From positions 22,320,001 to 22,384,000 of the forward strand of contig NC_043016.1 of NCBI RefSeq assembly GCF_006345805.1: a DNA stretch of 64,000 nt, in the 5' to 3' direction. Positions 10,918 through 24,926 of this stretch are shown piece after piece. This stretch comes from Octopus sinensis (lineage: Eukaryota). The number at the start of each line of letters is the position of its first letter. Position 1 is the stretch's first letter. Below the pieces are notes generated by a model, which worked only from the letters and a program-made list of their open reading frames with translations, ran no database searches and was not told the origin of the DNA. The translations under genes and the position numbers were made by a program.

Positions 10918-11014
10918 GGCGAAGGTAAAGAATACGTACACCCGGTGGTTAGGGTTAGGATTAGAGTTTTTGTTACGCCTATAACAGGTGGTGTACGTAT
11001 TCTTTACCTCTACC
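10918..11014. mobile_element. Short MITE with 20-25-bp TIRs and internal TTAGGG-like repeats (copy 1)
   Basis: Perfect 20-bp inverted repeat AGGTAAAGAATACGTACACC 10923-42 / 10990-11009; internal GGTTAGGGTTAGGATTAGAG; second copy at 15624-15714. Confidence 0.7.
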
Positions 11015-11094
11015 CTGAGATATTTGTAAAAATAAACTTCATTGTAAAATATTAATTTTCCTGAAAAGTATGAGAAAATAAATCGCATGTGGGA

Positions 11095-11200
11095 CTGTAG
11101 AGTTTACCTCAGCGGGATTAGAATTTAGAACGTAAAGAGCTACACCTAAAGACTATACAGGTATCTTGACCAACATTCTAACGATTTTGAAAATCCACCG
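11095..11200 (-). mobile_element. Decayed SINE head, same family as 35252-35470
   Basis: Reverse complement resembles GGCGG...AATCGTTAG...TTCTAAATTCTAATCCCGCTGAGG of the tRNA-like head. Confidence 0.4.
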
Positions 11201-11469
11201 CCTAGAGCGTATGATTACAATATTCATATATTAAGTTAGTTTTCAATCTCTGACAGAAACAGTATATGTAACAGTTCTAAAAGTATTTCACTCTAAATAA
11301 AATATCATCTTCATAGGTGGTACATCAATAGCATAGAAAGAATGTGCTTACATTCTTATTTAACTCACAGCAAAGCTTTATTATATTTAAATTTATATCG
11401 GTTCTATAGTTTTAGGTGTCGAAAAGGATTCAATCTGCGAAACTGCGTCTTATGTTGAATTTCAGATTT

Positions 11470-11540
11470 GGCGCCGGTTTTTTTTTATGACATGCGCGGT
11501 AAAAAGGCGATAGTTACAAAGATGGCGGGAAGCGGCTGTA
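11470..11540 (+). promoter_or_regulatory. Candidate core promoter / TSS region of the TRIM-NHL gene
   Basis: Locally CpG-rich unique DNA with a YY1-like AAAGATGGCGG motif at 11518-11528 and an adjacent GGAAG; inference only. Confidence 0.35.
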
Positions 11541-12484
11541 TTTTATGCCATTTTCATATAATATATTTTTGTTATATCGTTTTGAGAAACATTTCTTATA
11601 CAGCTTGTAGTGTCAATTATTTACAGTATTCAGAAAAAGAAACTATTGCAATTTCTAAGGAGGTTTCTCTCACTGTGTATCCGTAACGTAAAGCGAACGC
11701 CGCTCCTTTCAGTTCAAGTGAAGTGAAGTGTAGTGATAATATTAATAATAATAATAATAATAGTAGTAATAATAATAATTGTAATAATAACAATAATAAG
11801 AGTAGAAGAAAGAGGGGGGAATAACAAAAAAGTAAAGTGAAAAAATGTAAAGAACTACAAACAAAACAAAAAGAAAGTAAAAGAAATATCATCAGCACAA
11901 ATAGCAAAACCAAACAAATCAAATAGACTAAAAGTGTTAGGTGTAGAAGGAGAGGAAGGTAGCAGATAGTAGTAGTAGTAGTTAATAATCTCAATTGCTG
12001 TTTCATCTCTTAGACACGCGCCATTCAGCGATAGTGCATTACATACGCGCACATACTAGCACACAACACCGACGTTCATACATACACACAGCTGCCTAAC
12101 ATTGATGATCATGCGTACTATCTAAGATGTATTTACTTACAGACCTAACCTAACCATTAATATATATATATATATATATAAATATATATATGTATATATA
12201 TATATATAAATATATGTATATATATATAAATATATATTTTCTAAATATATAAATCACACATATTTACAAATTATATATGTTTGCTTCTATATACAGCTAA
12301 ATAATTTCCGTTTATAAAAATATTTCTATATATACTAATATATCTATATACAAAACCATATATTGCCCATACATACACACACACATATAAGTATATATAT
12401 ATATATATTTTAAATATATATATATCTACCTATCTATCTATCTATATATATATATATATAAAATATATCCAGTCGTATGCATTC

Positions 12485-12493
12485 CAGGTAAGA
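12485..12493 (+). promoter_or_regulatory. Candidate 5' splice donor of a non-coding first exon
   Basis: CAG|GTAAGA (GT at 12488-89). The ATG-containing exon starts at an acceptor (19680), so an upstream non-coding exon is required. Confidence 0.3.
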
Positions 12494-14774
12494 AATTTTA
12501 CTAGCACTTTTAATTTTTTGTTCCCACTATGTTTGCATAATCCTATACCTTTACAGCTCATGTATTTCTGTACTGGATATATTATGTCTGAATATGTTCT
12601 ATGTTCGTTTTTATTTATTTATATATATGGTGTAATATTTACATTCTTGCTGACTATTTAGTTGCAGCACATATATTAAAGGAGAAATTACTATGTCGCG
12701 TACGGAGCATATTTTCTGTATTCGTAATGCGTGTACATAAGCACGCATTCAATCCTATATATATATATATATATGTGTGTGTGTGCACACAGTCTTTTTC
12801 AATAAATATTATGCAGATATATTTTTCGTCTACTGTGTATCCTGGGATCAGTAGTGCAGCGAGCAACCATTCTCCTAGTTTACTCTGCTAGTATATTATT
12901 ATCATCCTAATATCAGTCCATCTGGCTTCTTCAGTTTCCTTGTATTTAATATACAAACAGCCGTTCGCTGCTGCTGCTAATATTACTCCTTAAAATTAAT
13001 TTGTGATTAACCCCCAATTTTCCCCCTGATCTGGGCCTTAAAAATCCGTGTTTCTGTTGTTTTTCTTTAAAATGTTTCACTTTAGAGCATCATTTATTTA
13101 GTCAACGATATTCCATCTTTGCATCTAAAATGAAGTGCAATGACGTTGGCCAGAATTACTTGCTCGGCCAGCTTGTAATTCCGTTGATTTGATTATAATG
13201 AATCAACTATCCTATTTATGTAGTAAAGTTCAAAATTTCCCCCTTGTACCGATTTTGTTATTTCCGTGTGCGTACACGAAATAAATATTAGCACATGCAC
13301 TCCTGGCATCCTTAAGTGAGCATGTATATATATATATATATATATAATATATATAATATATATATATATACATACATACACACACGCATACACGCATGCA
13401 CTCACACATACACACACACACAAGTTTTATATCAGCATTAATTCAAAACTTCAATGTAGAATGTGATTTTTCAGTCGTTTCCTTCTCGTTCCATTTTTGT
13501 TTTATTTTGCACCAGTTCCTTCCTAGCTGCTGCTATATATTCTCTCTTACTTAACCAACAGCTTAAAAATAAACTGTTGCTTTCGATCGCACGCTATGGT
13601 TCACTTTTATTATTCTGTCGATGTTTCTCAAGTTATATTTATATTTTATTATTCATAGTGCACACACACCCAAATATACAATGCAATTATTGCATGCTTA
13701 CACAATATAAATTGCGTGTTTAACTTAAGCCTGTAAGGAAATAAAGCAAAATCTCATCCAGATCTGTTTTTATTTCTGCTTCTTATTACTATTTATGCTT
13801 AAAAACACTTTTTCAGTTAGGTATATGATAATGAATATATATGTGTATTAACGAGACTTTAAAAGTATTAGCTTCAAGGCTAAAATTATATTTAAACCAT
13901 TATATATTTAACAATTTCTTTGCAAGATTTCTTATCGTCCTGTTATACACAGGGACCAAACAAATTATGTACCAGTCATATGTTGTTGTCAATTAATTCG
14001 TATATACATCATCCCCCTTTCATAAAATGACCTTGTTCTATATAATTACATTTAATTTCCTCAAATTAGGATCATTTCTAATCTGAATCATGCATGGTCA
14101 GCTACTTTATATGAAAGTCTTACAGTTTTCATGACATTACATGGCTGTCTCCAGCCTATCGAATTTCCTACTATTCAATTACAAATTTTGGTGTTTATTT
14201 AACGTTTTTGGAACTTGGAATAGCTTTTATTTTATTTTTCCGAGACGAGCAAACCGAAGTGGGTTGCTTGTTGGCAGTCTATTTTAAACATACATACGGG
14301 CGTGCTAGAATCGGTCAACCAGGAAGTGGCTGAGTCGTCTTATAGTAGTTAGTATAGTAGCAGTTTTGCTCGTGTATGGTTATTTTGCAATGTCTTGTAT
14401 ATGTGCATACATATCTCTAGTATAGTTTATTGTTGCAATTGAAGTATTTTATTGAATCTAAGATTATTAGTGTGCATGCATTATATATATATATATCAAT
14501 GAGACAAACGTTGAATCCAGCGTGATTGTTTTATTCTGATGTATTTTTTTTTGGTCATATTGGAAATAATTGCTCGTGGTATTGATATCTGTGGAAAAGT
14601 GAACTTTTACATTGCTAAAGAATTGTTGGATGTTGATGTTATATTGTTATTTACAAGAGTTCTCTGCTTGAAGTGATTTTCCTCCCTTTCATTTCTTCTA
14701 TAAAAAATTTTTTTTTTCACATTTAGTTGAACATGTACTTTAAAATCTAGTATGCTTAAATAAAGCATGCGCGG

Positions 14775-15050
14775 TATCTTGGGCCGACCGAAGCCTTGCG
14801 AGTGGATTTGGTAGGCGGAAACTGAAAGAAGCTCGTTGTATATATGTGTTGTCTTGTTTGTATCCCACCACTACTTCACAACCGGTGTTGGCGTCTTTAC
14901 GTCCCGTAACTTAGCGGCTCGTCAAAACCGAACGATAGAATAGATGCCGCGCTTAAAACAAAAAGTGCTGGGGTCGATTCATTCGACTAAATATCTTCAA
15001 GGTGGTGTCCCAGCATGGCTGCAGTCGAATGACTTAAATAAGTGAAAAGA
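14775..15050 (+). mobile_element. tRNA-derived SINE family A, 5'-truncated
   Basis: Shares GAGTGGATTTGGTAG.CGGAAACTGAAAGAAG and CCAGCATGGCTGCAGTC with copies at 16112 and 48275. Confidence 0.75.
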
Positions 15051-15493
15051 TGAATGTGAATAGAATTGTAATAGATGTTAGGATATTGAACAGGTGATGC
15101 TATTCTGCACCTGTTTTCTCTCTCCTCTTTACACTCAAAGGAAGATGCAAGGTAACTTATGAGACTCTTGCATCATAGTTAATATTATTGATATCAACTT
15201 GCATGTTAAAAAACCCAAAGATGCATTAAGCTTTTCCTCGCTGTAGCTACCAATCAATTACGCAGCTATAACTTTATAATCTACAGGGTGGCACAAACAT
15301 TTTGCAGCTAAATGAGTGAAGGGTCAGCAAAATACATCACCGGTGACAGTATAAATTGTCGACCCTCCTACCAGGAGAGCATGGTTTACTTCGGTCATCT
15401 GTGACCCCTTCATTAAAAAAAAAAAATATGGTCTTTATTGAAACAGACGACTTAAGTGTGTGTGTGTGTGTGTGTATATTAGAACCGTAAGTT

Positions 15494-15563
<70 letters not shown>

Positions 15564-15623
15564 CAGGACTTGTAAATTAACTTGACCATATTTATTCACA
15601 CGTGTACTGTGTAGGTTTTTATT

Positions 15624-15714
15624 GGTGGAGGTAAAGAATACATACACTCGGTGGTTAGAGTTAGGGTTTTTGTTATGCCGAAAACTGGTGGTGTACGTAT
15701 TCTTTGCCTCCGCC
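15624..15714. mobile_element. Short MITE with TIRs and internal TTAGGG-like repeats (copy 2)
   Basis: TIRs GGTGGAGGTAAAGAATACATACAC / GTGTACGTATTCTTTGCCTCCGCC; flanks GTTTTTATT / CTTTTTATT suggest an 8-9-bp TSD. Confidence 0.7.
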
Positions 15715-16111
15715 CTTTTTATTTTTTAAACAATGGAATATTTTGCTTACGTTTGGCTTTTTAAAAAATTTATAATAAATCATTAATTTACATACTCCAC
15801 AAAGTTTTTTTTTAATGTTTTCGTTTTTTTTTTTTAAATTTAAAATGTTTGTACTTGGTTGACGTAAGTCCCCAAAAAGTAATTTTCGTTTATTCAGTTA
15901 GTGTTATGTAAGTTTCATTTTACCAGATGCCCGATCAAGGAACTACACGTGTTAATTCATGTACAATATTATTGATTTCTTGCATAAATGTAAGATCGAT
16001 TAAAAGGGAGGTACGCATTTGAGATATATGTGTGTGTGTAATATAATATTATATATATATATATATATATACACATATATATATATACACACAGATCATA
16101 CATGTACATAC

Positions 16112-16430
16112 GTGGTAAGTAGCTTGTTTAGTGGCACCTTGGCCAAGTGTTTTCTACTATAGCCTCGGGCCAACCAAAGCCATGAGTGGATTTGGTAGAC
16201 GGAAACTGAAAGAAGCCCGTCGTATAATTATATATATATGTGTGTTTGTGCCTGTCCTCCCACCATTTGACAACCGGTGTTGGTATGTTTACGTCCCCCG
16301 TAACTTAGCGGTTCGGCAAGAGTCCGATAGAATAAGTACTAGGCTTACAAAGAATAAGTCCTGGGGTCGATTTGTTCGACTAAAGGCGGTGCTTCAGCAA
16401 GGCCGCAGTCAAAATAACAAAAAAAAAAAA
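16112..16430 (+). mobile_element. tRNA-derived SINE family A (internal deletion)
   Basis: Alignable with the reverse complement of 48275-48661; A-rich tail. Confidence 0.8.
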
Positions 16431-19169
16431 AGAATACATACATACATCCATGTGTATTTTTTCAATGTACAAATAACAAAAAATAATTACCAGGGTAAAA
16501 TTCACTTAAGTGCCAAGGATATTACAGCCTACTTATAAAGGTAGAAATTCCAACATATATACATATATATGCATACATATATATATATACACACACACAT
16601 ACATAAATATATATACACATATACATACAACATATTCATTCATATATATATATATATTCATTCATATATATATTACACACACATAATAATACATGCATAC
16701 ATGCAAGTAAGCAGGTATGAAAATTTGATCGATCTAAATTTATAGTATTTTTCTTTCATCACAGATCCAAATTTTAATCTCAGGGATAAATTTTGCCAAT
16801 ATTGATTTGTCATCAGTACAATAAATTATTAGTAAATATTTCAATATATCAAGCAAAATTTACAACTATCATATTTCAACGTTTTATAATTTGTTTGGGC
16901 GTAACTATATACTAGATTTGCTGGTATATTTCCAGTCAAACTGAATTGATAAGCAATTTGAGTAGTATTAATTTCTGGCATTCTCAAATTTTTGTCACTG
17001 GTCTTTCGTCGTGTCCAGAGCTTCACATTTGCATTTGGTGTAAGAATTGGCTTTTCTACCAAAATATGAGATTTTTTTCATCTCTGCATCCAGAATCTGA
17101 AGTTAACAACCTTATATTCATTTGCAGGTATATTTGACTGTGTTCATAGCTTGTTTCAATAAATGTTGGAGGTGAGTGATGGACACAACGATATAATTAC
17201 TTAGAAGATAAAATATACTTGAAAAAATTTTTTAAAAATTTCTTTAGGATCGAAAAGTGAAAATTGCTACAAATTTTGCTGTTAGTTCTTGATAGTGAAT
17301 TATTTTAGAAATGCTTGAGTCTATTTGAATGAAAAACACTTTAGAAAACATGTAGGGAGATGATAAAAGATCTTGCTTCAAAGTTTAGATGGGAAGGGAG
17401 ATAATCCTAAATCTCTTGTTTATTATTATCTGGATTATTATTATAACCATCTCTTCTAAAGTGTTCGCAAAACTTGTACACAGTATAAAAAGCATTCAAT
17501 ATTTGTTAGACGCATTTCCGTCTAGTATTTAGAATCAGCCATTTGAAAAGGCTCCAACCAAAAGTGAGCACACTAACTAGAAACTAAATATTCGGACAGT
17601 TGGCATAATTTAGGCGGCCACAACATATAAGAACATTAGCATATCTGTGCCTGTATATGTTGTAATAACTCGAGTTATTGCACCTTAAGTGTTAGGTGAC
17701 AACTTTGACGAGCGACATGTAACGAGTCGCGGATATATATATATGTGGTGCGCAAATGTAATAGATGATTGTGTATGTATACACACAAACGTGTTTATGC
17801 ACATAAACGAACTTTTAAAGAATATTCTAAACACTCAACGGCAGGATCGATGGTTAGGACACTAAGAACCACATGAGTGTTTGTTTTAGCATTCCAATTT
17901 GTATGTAGGTAATAGTAATTTGCAAAATCGACGACACCTTACGTGTAATGAAAGTTACGGGACTTGTGATACTGACTGGGTTGATTGAAAGACACGTTCG
18001 ACAGTGACACAGATTTCCGTTGTCTTTTTAACTTATTACTGGACATGATGTAATTAATTGTACATTGTTTAGATAGCTTACAGAAAATAACGTTATACAG
18101 ATGTGGTTACTTGAATCTAGGGAAAAGCAAGACTTGATATAGCCTTTGTTGCATTGTTTTAAGATTTTTTGTAGAATGTGGGGATTTTCATGTACATACA
18201 GTATCGTATACAAATTGTGTCTGATACTCAAGTAATAAGCAACTTGTTCAAAATTACTTTACGGTATTTAAATGAAATGACAAAACTGACTTTTTCTCGT
18301 TCACCGACACACACACACACTATTTTATTTCTCTGTCAAGTACAAATCTTATCGATTTTATTCTAACATCGACTTAGTATTATGCAATCAAGAAAATATT
18401 TCTTTTCAGACAAGATGCGATTAACCAACCCTATTTACTTTTAGATCAGAACAGCCTTTTTCGTTATATTTTATAAACACTTTATAATAATATCTATAAC
18501 AATTAAAAAACTGGGATGTTATTGCGTATAACTAAAAATTCTCTGTTATTTGAAAGAAAATATAAATCTTTTCTCTTGCCCCACGAAAACTTGAGACAAT
18601 ATTAAAAATTCGAAACGATAACTTTGGAATCATTTTCTAAAGTTTTTTTGGAAGATAAAGGTGGTGGTAGTGGGGGTTGACATCCTTAAAAAAAAACAAT
18701 CATGTCAGTTAGATGTTGCTGTCGTCGTGTATACGTTTTTGACAACCAGCCTTTGTAACTTAACCATTTATTTAACTAGTCTGTCAGGTGTGTGTGTGTA
18801 TATATATATAATATATATATATATATATACTTTGCCGTAACTACGTTTTCACTATTAGGCTACTTAAAACATTTTTGGTTGCAAATGAACACACAAAACA
18901 GGTAATTTAATCTCTCATTCATTATATAGTTGGTATTATTTATTTCTTAAATATATTATCAATTGGTATATATATAAAGAGCAGCTTGGTTTTTGTGTAC
19001 TAAATTTTAGTTTCCAGGTATCGTATTTTAGTGTGTGAGTGTGCGCTCTGTGTGTGTGAGTGTGTGTATATTACACAAGCATTTACATTACATACAAAAT
19101 ATTATATATATATATATATATTATATATATATATATATCTATACTTTATATATCTATACTTTATATATT

Positions 19170-19236
<67 letters not shown>

Positions 19237-19715
19237 ACACACGCATGTATGCATGTACACACACTCCTGCAAATACACAATATACACTCTTTACACACAT
19301 TCGAGAATTCCCTAAGCCTATCTATATAAATCGACCAGTAAAACGTGTTATTACTTTTTAAACAGAACGCCACAGACGCCCGATTTCTCACTTTCTCTCT
19401 CTCATAATTCCATTTTTCCTGCTGCTACTCCCTCCCAACTTGTATTAAAATATCTGCTTAAAATATCGTCAAAAATCCCTGCATGTCTTTAATATATTTT
19501 CACGTTTCATGAATTGTGTCTGTATATGATAAATATTGCTTTTTACTTGAAATTTTTCTCCATTTGATCTCGTGTATATTTTCGCCCTTATTTTATATTT
19601 GATTGTTAGAGTATATAGAATCGTTTGAAAATATTTTTTTGAAAGTTTCATTTGTTTTGTATTCTTATTAAAATTTCAGGTTGTGCCAACTTAAATAGTT
19701 CAAAAGTAAAAAGTC

Positions 19716-20153
19716 ATGGCTAATGAAGTGCTCTCTGCTGCTTCGTCTCCCATTAACTCATCCCCGGTACCAAATGAAGAAAATTTGTGTAGAAACTGTG
19801 AGAAAAAGCTTAAACAGCCCAAAGTACTTGATTGCTTACATGTCTTTTGCCAAGAATGTCTGCAGAGTACAGTGGACGAAATCCACAACAGAACAGGTAC
19901 CATTCCTGATATGATCGAATGCAGTGTGTGTTCTCAAGGGACAAGGCTCTCTGCCAAAGGTATTGAAAGCTTACCGTCAGATGATGTCATGTCCGATATG
20001 CTGGAAGTTGACCTGGCCGATGATGACCCTATTGTATGTACCAGCTGTAAAGCCAAAGAGAAGGCCATTGCAAGATGTTCTGATTGTGCCAATTTCCTCT
20101 GTCCCCATTGTGTGTCGGCTCACCAATATATGAGATGTTTTGAAGATCATAAG
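19716..20153 (+). CDS. mei-P26: Coding exon 1: RING finger and B-box 1
   Basis: Acceptor TTTCAG|G at 19679/80; in-frame TAA at 19707 upstream of the ATG; CRNC-x11[10 protein letters not shown]20-CSVC; [17 protein letters not shown]; donor AAG|GTATTC. Confidence 0.93.
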
Positions 20154-20451
20154 GTATTCTTAATCTCTTTAAAAATTATTTTTCATTTCCACAATGATTG
20201 ACGTTATAGTTGAAGTATATTTAAACTATCTCCAGCAGCATTATCTCTTATTTCGCATATTTATAATTAAAAAAAAAAAATTGCACTGATCAAAGTATTA
20301 TTTATGTGTGTGTTAGAAATTTAAATATTTCGTCAAATACGCATTTTTGATTACTGAACGGTTTTAATTCAGTAATATTTTGGGGTGATTTGTCAATGTG
20401 ACTTATTCAGTTTCTGAGATGCAGGTTCATCAAAGCAATTTCTCATTCCAG

Positions 20452-20499
<48 letters not shown>

Positions 20500-23400
20500 C
20501 AAACAAAAAAAAGTTATCAAAAGAAAACCTTTTATATTCTACTGAAGAAGTCGTTGATTTAAACAGTTGTTTTCTGTTGATAACCTTTGTTTTATAACTT
20601 GAGTACTTAGTATTTGTTGGTAGTAGTATCAGTGATATTGCACTATAGGTAGTGCACAGGCAGTTTTACATTATGTACATTAATAATACACCCCATAAGA
20701 CAGGTGGTGATACTGTATTTGTACATTACAATATGGTAAATGTTATCTACTTTTCTGCAGTCCTTTCTATTGCTAATCCTTGCCTGTTTGCAAAAATGGT
20801 AATGCTTCTCCATGGCCAGATGTATTCATGGAGGATCGGAAACAAAAGACACTGCTTTTATGATGTTAACACTCATTTTACAACCATCACATGACAGGTT
20901 TCTTTCAGTTTCTGTCCATCAAATCTTCTCACAAGGCCCAGGTTTATTAGAAGACTTATGCAAAGTACAATGCAGTGGGACTGAACCCAGAACCATGTAC
21001 TTTTGAAGTGAACTTGCTTAACCACATAGCCTATTTTCATTGTTTACCATACCTGCACCTAACAGCTGCAGAGTATATACTGTGTTCATATAATATAGAA
21101 GTATATAAATAACATACCTTAAATATTCTGTGCAAATGCATAAGCTTGGTCAGAGTTAAAGAAATGATATCCTTCAACATATTAATCATTTTATACTCAT
21201 GCTCATTTCTCTTATGTTGATGGGCAAAGCAAATTAGACATAAACATAAATGTTGATGTCATCTCATATGCATTAACCAGAGTCACACTCTTTTTATCCT
21301 GTTATTAGATAATGAAACAATATAAGAAGGCAGAATTTTATCTAGAAATTATCATTACTAACCTGAAAATGGTGATGCTGGATAGATCCATTGGCTGAAT
21401 ATGTTCAAGTATGTCTTGCAGTTGTGGCACCCCAATGATGATGTATTGTTAGAATGCCAAACACTGTGAGATTGTATCATATAAATGCACAATGCTAAGA
21501 GCACAGACATATATTGTTAGCAGACACGAGCCACATGGCATAGGTGCCACAACTGCAAGACGTACTTGAACATATTCAGCCAGTGGATCTGCTACCCACT
21601 ATCACCATTTTCAGTAAATTTGTGACTTTAAAAATTAGTATAATATGAATAAATTTTTCATTGGAATCTGAGAAGAAATTGGACAATTTATTTAATTTTC
21701 TTTTTTAAGGTTATATCATTTGAAGATATGCAAAATGGGGATGGACCTAAATTTCTGAAGCCAATGTTTTGTCGGATTCATCCAAGTGAAAATGTAAAAT
21801 ATTTTTGTCTTTCATGTCAGGTATGTATTTATGTTTTTGTGGATGTTTTATGAGCAGAGATGAAACTTCTTGAATGTAAACATTGTTTTAATTTTTTGTT
21901 GAAGCCATTTCACATCATGTTCTAAAGTATCTCTTCCTCTCAATGAGACCTTGTTTTAGCTTTATTGACAATTTTTAATTTAGTAAAACAGATCCCGAAA
22001 GATTTATACTTCAACTTTTTGTGAAATTGTTCATGCTACAGTTTATTTCTTAAAACTACTTGCACTGATTTAATGCCCTCCCCCTTTTTTTTTTAAGAAA
22101 GCAGGCATGGATGGTGCTGTGGTTGCACGCACACACATCCTAGGCTGCATCCACAAAAGGCCACTCAACTAGCCTTTGACCACAGGCATGCTGAGTTCTC
22201 TCTCTGCTTTTCCCTCATTACAGTAATAACTTCTGTACCTTCAAGCTGATTGGGCTCATTTTACTTTCTCTCCAGCATTCCTAGCACATTAGCCTCCCTC
22301 TTATCGTCCTTATTGTTTCCATCTTCTCAGGCTCTGCACAAATCTGCCCAGCTCTTCCTTCTCAGTACATTGATTCTCTGGAATTCCTCCACTGCTCATG
22401 TCTTTCACTTGAGTGTTGACTTGTAATGATTCAAGATGAACCATTGACATCACTCTCACTGGTTGCAGAGGGCTTGTGCAGGCCATGGGCATTACCCCTA
22501 TTCCAGATCTGGCAAGTAAACAACAACCCTGCTAATTTCTGTATTTACCAGTGAAAATCCCAATGTTATTTTGGAAACTTAAGATTGTTGGATGTTTGTA
22601 AACAACCACGAAATACATAATACATATTTCTAATATTTTTCTGAAGCATATAATTCTTGAGATGATGTAAAGTTCACATGGATAGTGCTCAAGATGCAGT
22701 CTTAGGAGAGAACATTTGAAACAAAAATTAAACATAACATTATTCTGCTACAGTACAATGTTAGTAAGATTTGAACAAATCTTAATGTTGAACCTAGTTG
22801 TTCTGACATGTGGAGTCTAAAAAGAAATATGCATGTAAACACAGACTTAGTTATGTAGTTAAGAATTAACAAGTGACTTGATTGCTAACTTAACTATATA
22901 TTCAGTATTTTAATATTTTACTATTTTGTTCTATTAGTTTCTCTTTGAATTGTGTATAAATGTGGGATGGTTCGAAAAAGATCTGTTAATTGTCTTATTG
23001 TAAACTTAGTTGCAATGATAATTTGACAATTTCTTTTTGAACAACCCCTCTGAATAGTGCCTTGTTGCTTTTCTCATAAAAATAGGAACAACAGATTGTA
23101 AAGTTGTAAAAGGAAGTAGATATGTATTTTTCAAGTGTCACTTTTTTTTTAAAGTCTATTTAGTAATGTTCATAGTTGAGATCTTGCTATGGTCTTTGCT
23201 GTGCCTTCAACAAGCCAATTTAATTGGATAAAAACTTTTTTTTGCTTTGCTCTTTAATGTGCCTGCTTTTGAAGTGATTGTGAATAAATGATTGTGTGAT
23301 TTGTTGGCATTAATAAAGCATTACAAATGGCAGTGTATTCAAACAGGTACGTTTTTTTGAGCCTCAAGGAAGTAGAGTTGACCATGACAGAATTTGAACC

Positions 23401-24892
23401 AGGAATCTAAGTAGTCTGTAAAAGTACTGTAAATCATTCTGTCTAGCTCTCTAATAATTTATGCCAATTGAACAAAAATTTCATGCTGAAATAAATACTA
23501 AGAAACCAGCTTTACAAACAAGGAAGTTATCACCTTCAGATAGATTGCAGTGGGTCTAGCTAAATATGATTTACAAGTATTTAATTATTAAGTTGGCTGT
23601 TAACTTCCTGCTTTACCGTTCACTCTTCACACCAATAAAATGTAAGTTGAATATTCTGTATTTGAGATGCATCAGATAACTGGACTGAATGTTAACAATT
23701 ACATGATGGTACAGTTTGATATTAACTTTAGGGATCTCAATCTACCTAAATCCAAATTATGTTCTTTAATCTGTTATCCATGCTGGGAATGGGTTCAGCA
23801 AGTGTCAGTTTCCATTTACTTTGATCCCTACAATGTCTGTAGGTCTTATACTCACTATGTATTTAGCTGCTTGGGATGGATGTGTTTCTTTTGGCTGTTA
23901 CAAAAGTGAATTGGGTTGGTTATGGTTAATTTCTTGTATGTTTCAATGTGAAAAATATTATATTGCAGGAAGTGGTTTGCAATGATTGCATTGCTGAAGA
24001 TCACCAGCAACCAGAACATTTTACTGAAAAAATTTCTAATGTTGACACAAAGTTTTCTGATGAGATTAACAATCTGATAACAGAGAGTAAGAATAAAATA
24101 AAGCTTTTTGAAGAAACTAGTAACAATCTTGAAAATGCTTTAACTGATATGCAGATGCAACGAGATAATGTTAAAGGACTTGTTCAAGAAACGTTCCAAA
24201 GTTACAAAACTGCTTTAGAAAACAGAAGGGTAAGTATTTTTACTTTAAACAATTTTCATTTCATGTGCAATGCAGAAGTTAACTAGTTAAAGCAGATTAT
24301 ATGATGATTAATAGTTGTCTTATAGTGGGATCAGTCTATTCGGTTTCATATTTGATATTCAAAAAATAGTTTTTATCACTTTATAAATTTCAAGTGAGCA
24401 AGCATGAAATGTATTGATTTTTGGGGTTGACTTGATGTTTTGTTACCTTTGGAAAACTGAAGACATCAGTAATATGTGGATGACTGAAAAGATTCAGAGA
24501 ATTGGTAAGCAATAGAAGAAAGCTTAGCTTGTAATAAGTTGACTATAAAAGTTTTTGGTTTTGTAGGCTACTTATATTTCCCACATTCTGCTCAAGTGAG
24601 ATTGAGCAGAATGTGGGAACCATCAGGGCATTTCTTTGTTGGCCATTGCTGGCAAGGTGCTAGCAAAAATCATTCTCAACTGGCTGAAAAACATCAGAGC
24701 CGATTTCAACAGTCAATGTAGCATCAGGCCATGGACATGATCTGTAAGGGAGTCATGAAGAATGGCACTGGTTACTGAATCTTGTAAGTCATACTGTTGG
24801 GGAGAAACAACAGTGAGAATACAAAAGAGCACATGAGAGGTGTCACTTCTCCATTGCATCAGGTAGCTTCACCTGCAGCCAATTTATATTTA

Positions 24893-24926
<34 letters not shown>

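Noticed and set aside
10948-10965. Interstitial telomere
   Set aside because: Only 2-3 degenerate units, enclosed within MITE TIRs.
13153-13181. Small hairpin GAATTAC/GTAATTC
   Set aside because: Too short for a pre-miRNA and within chance expectation.
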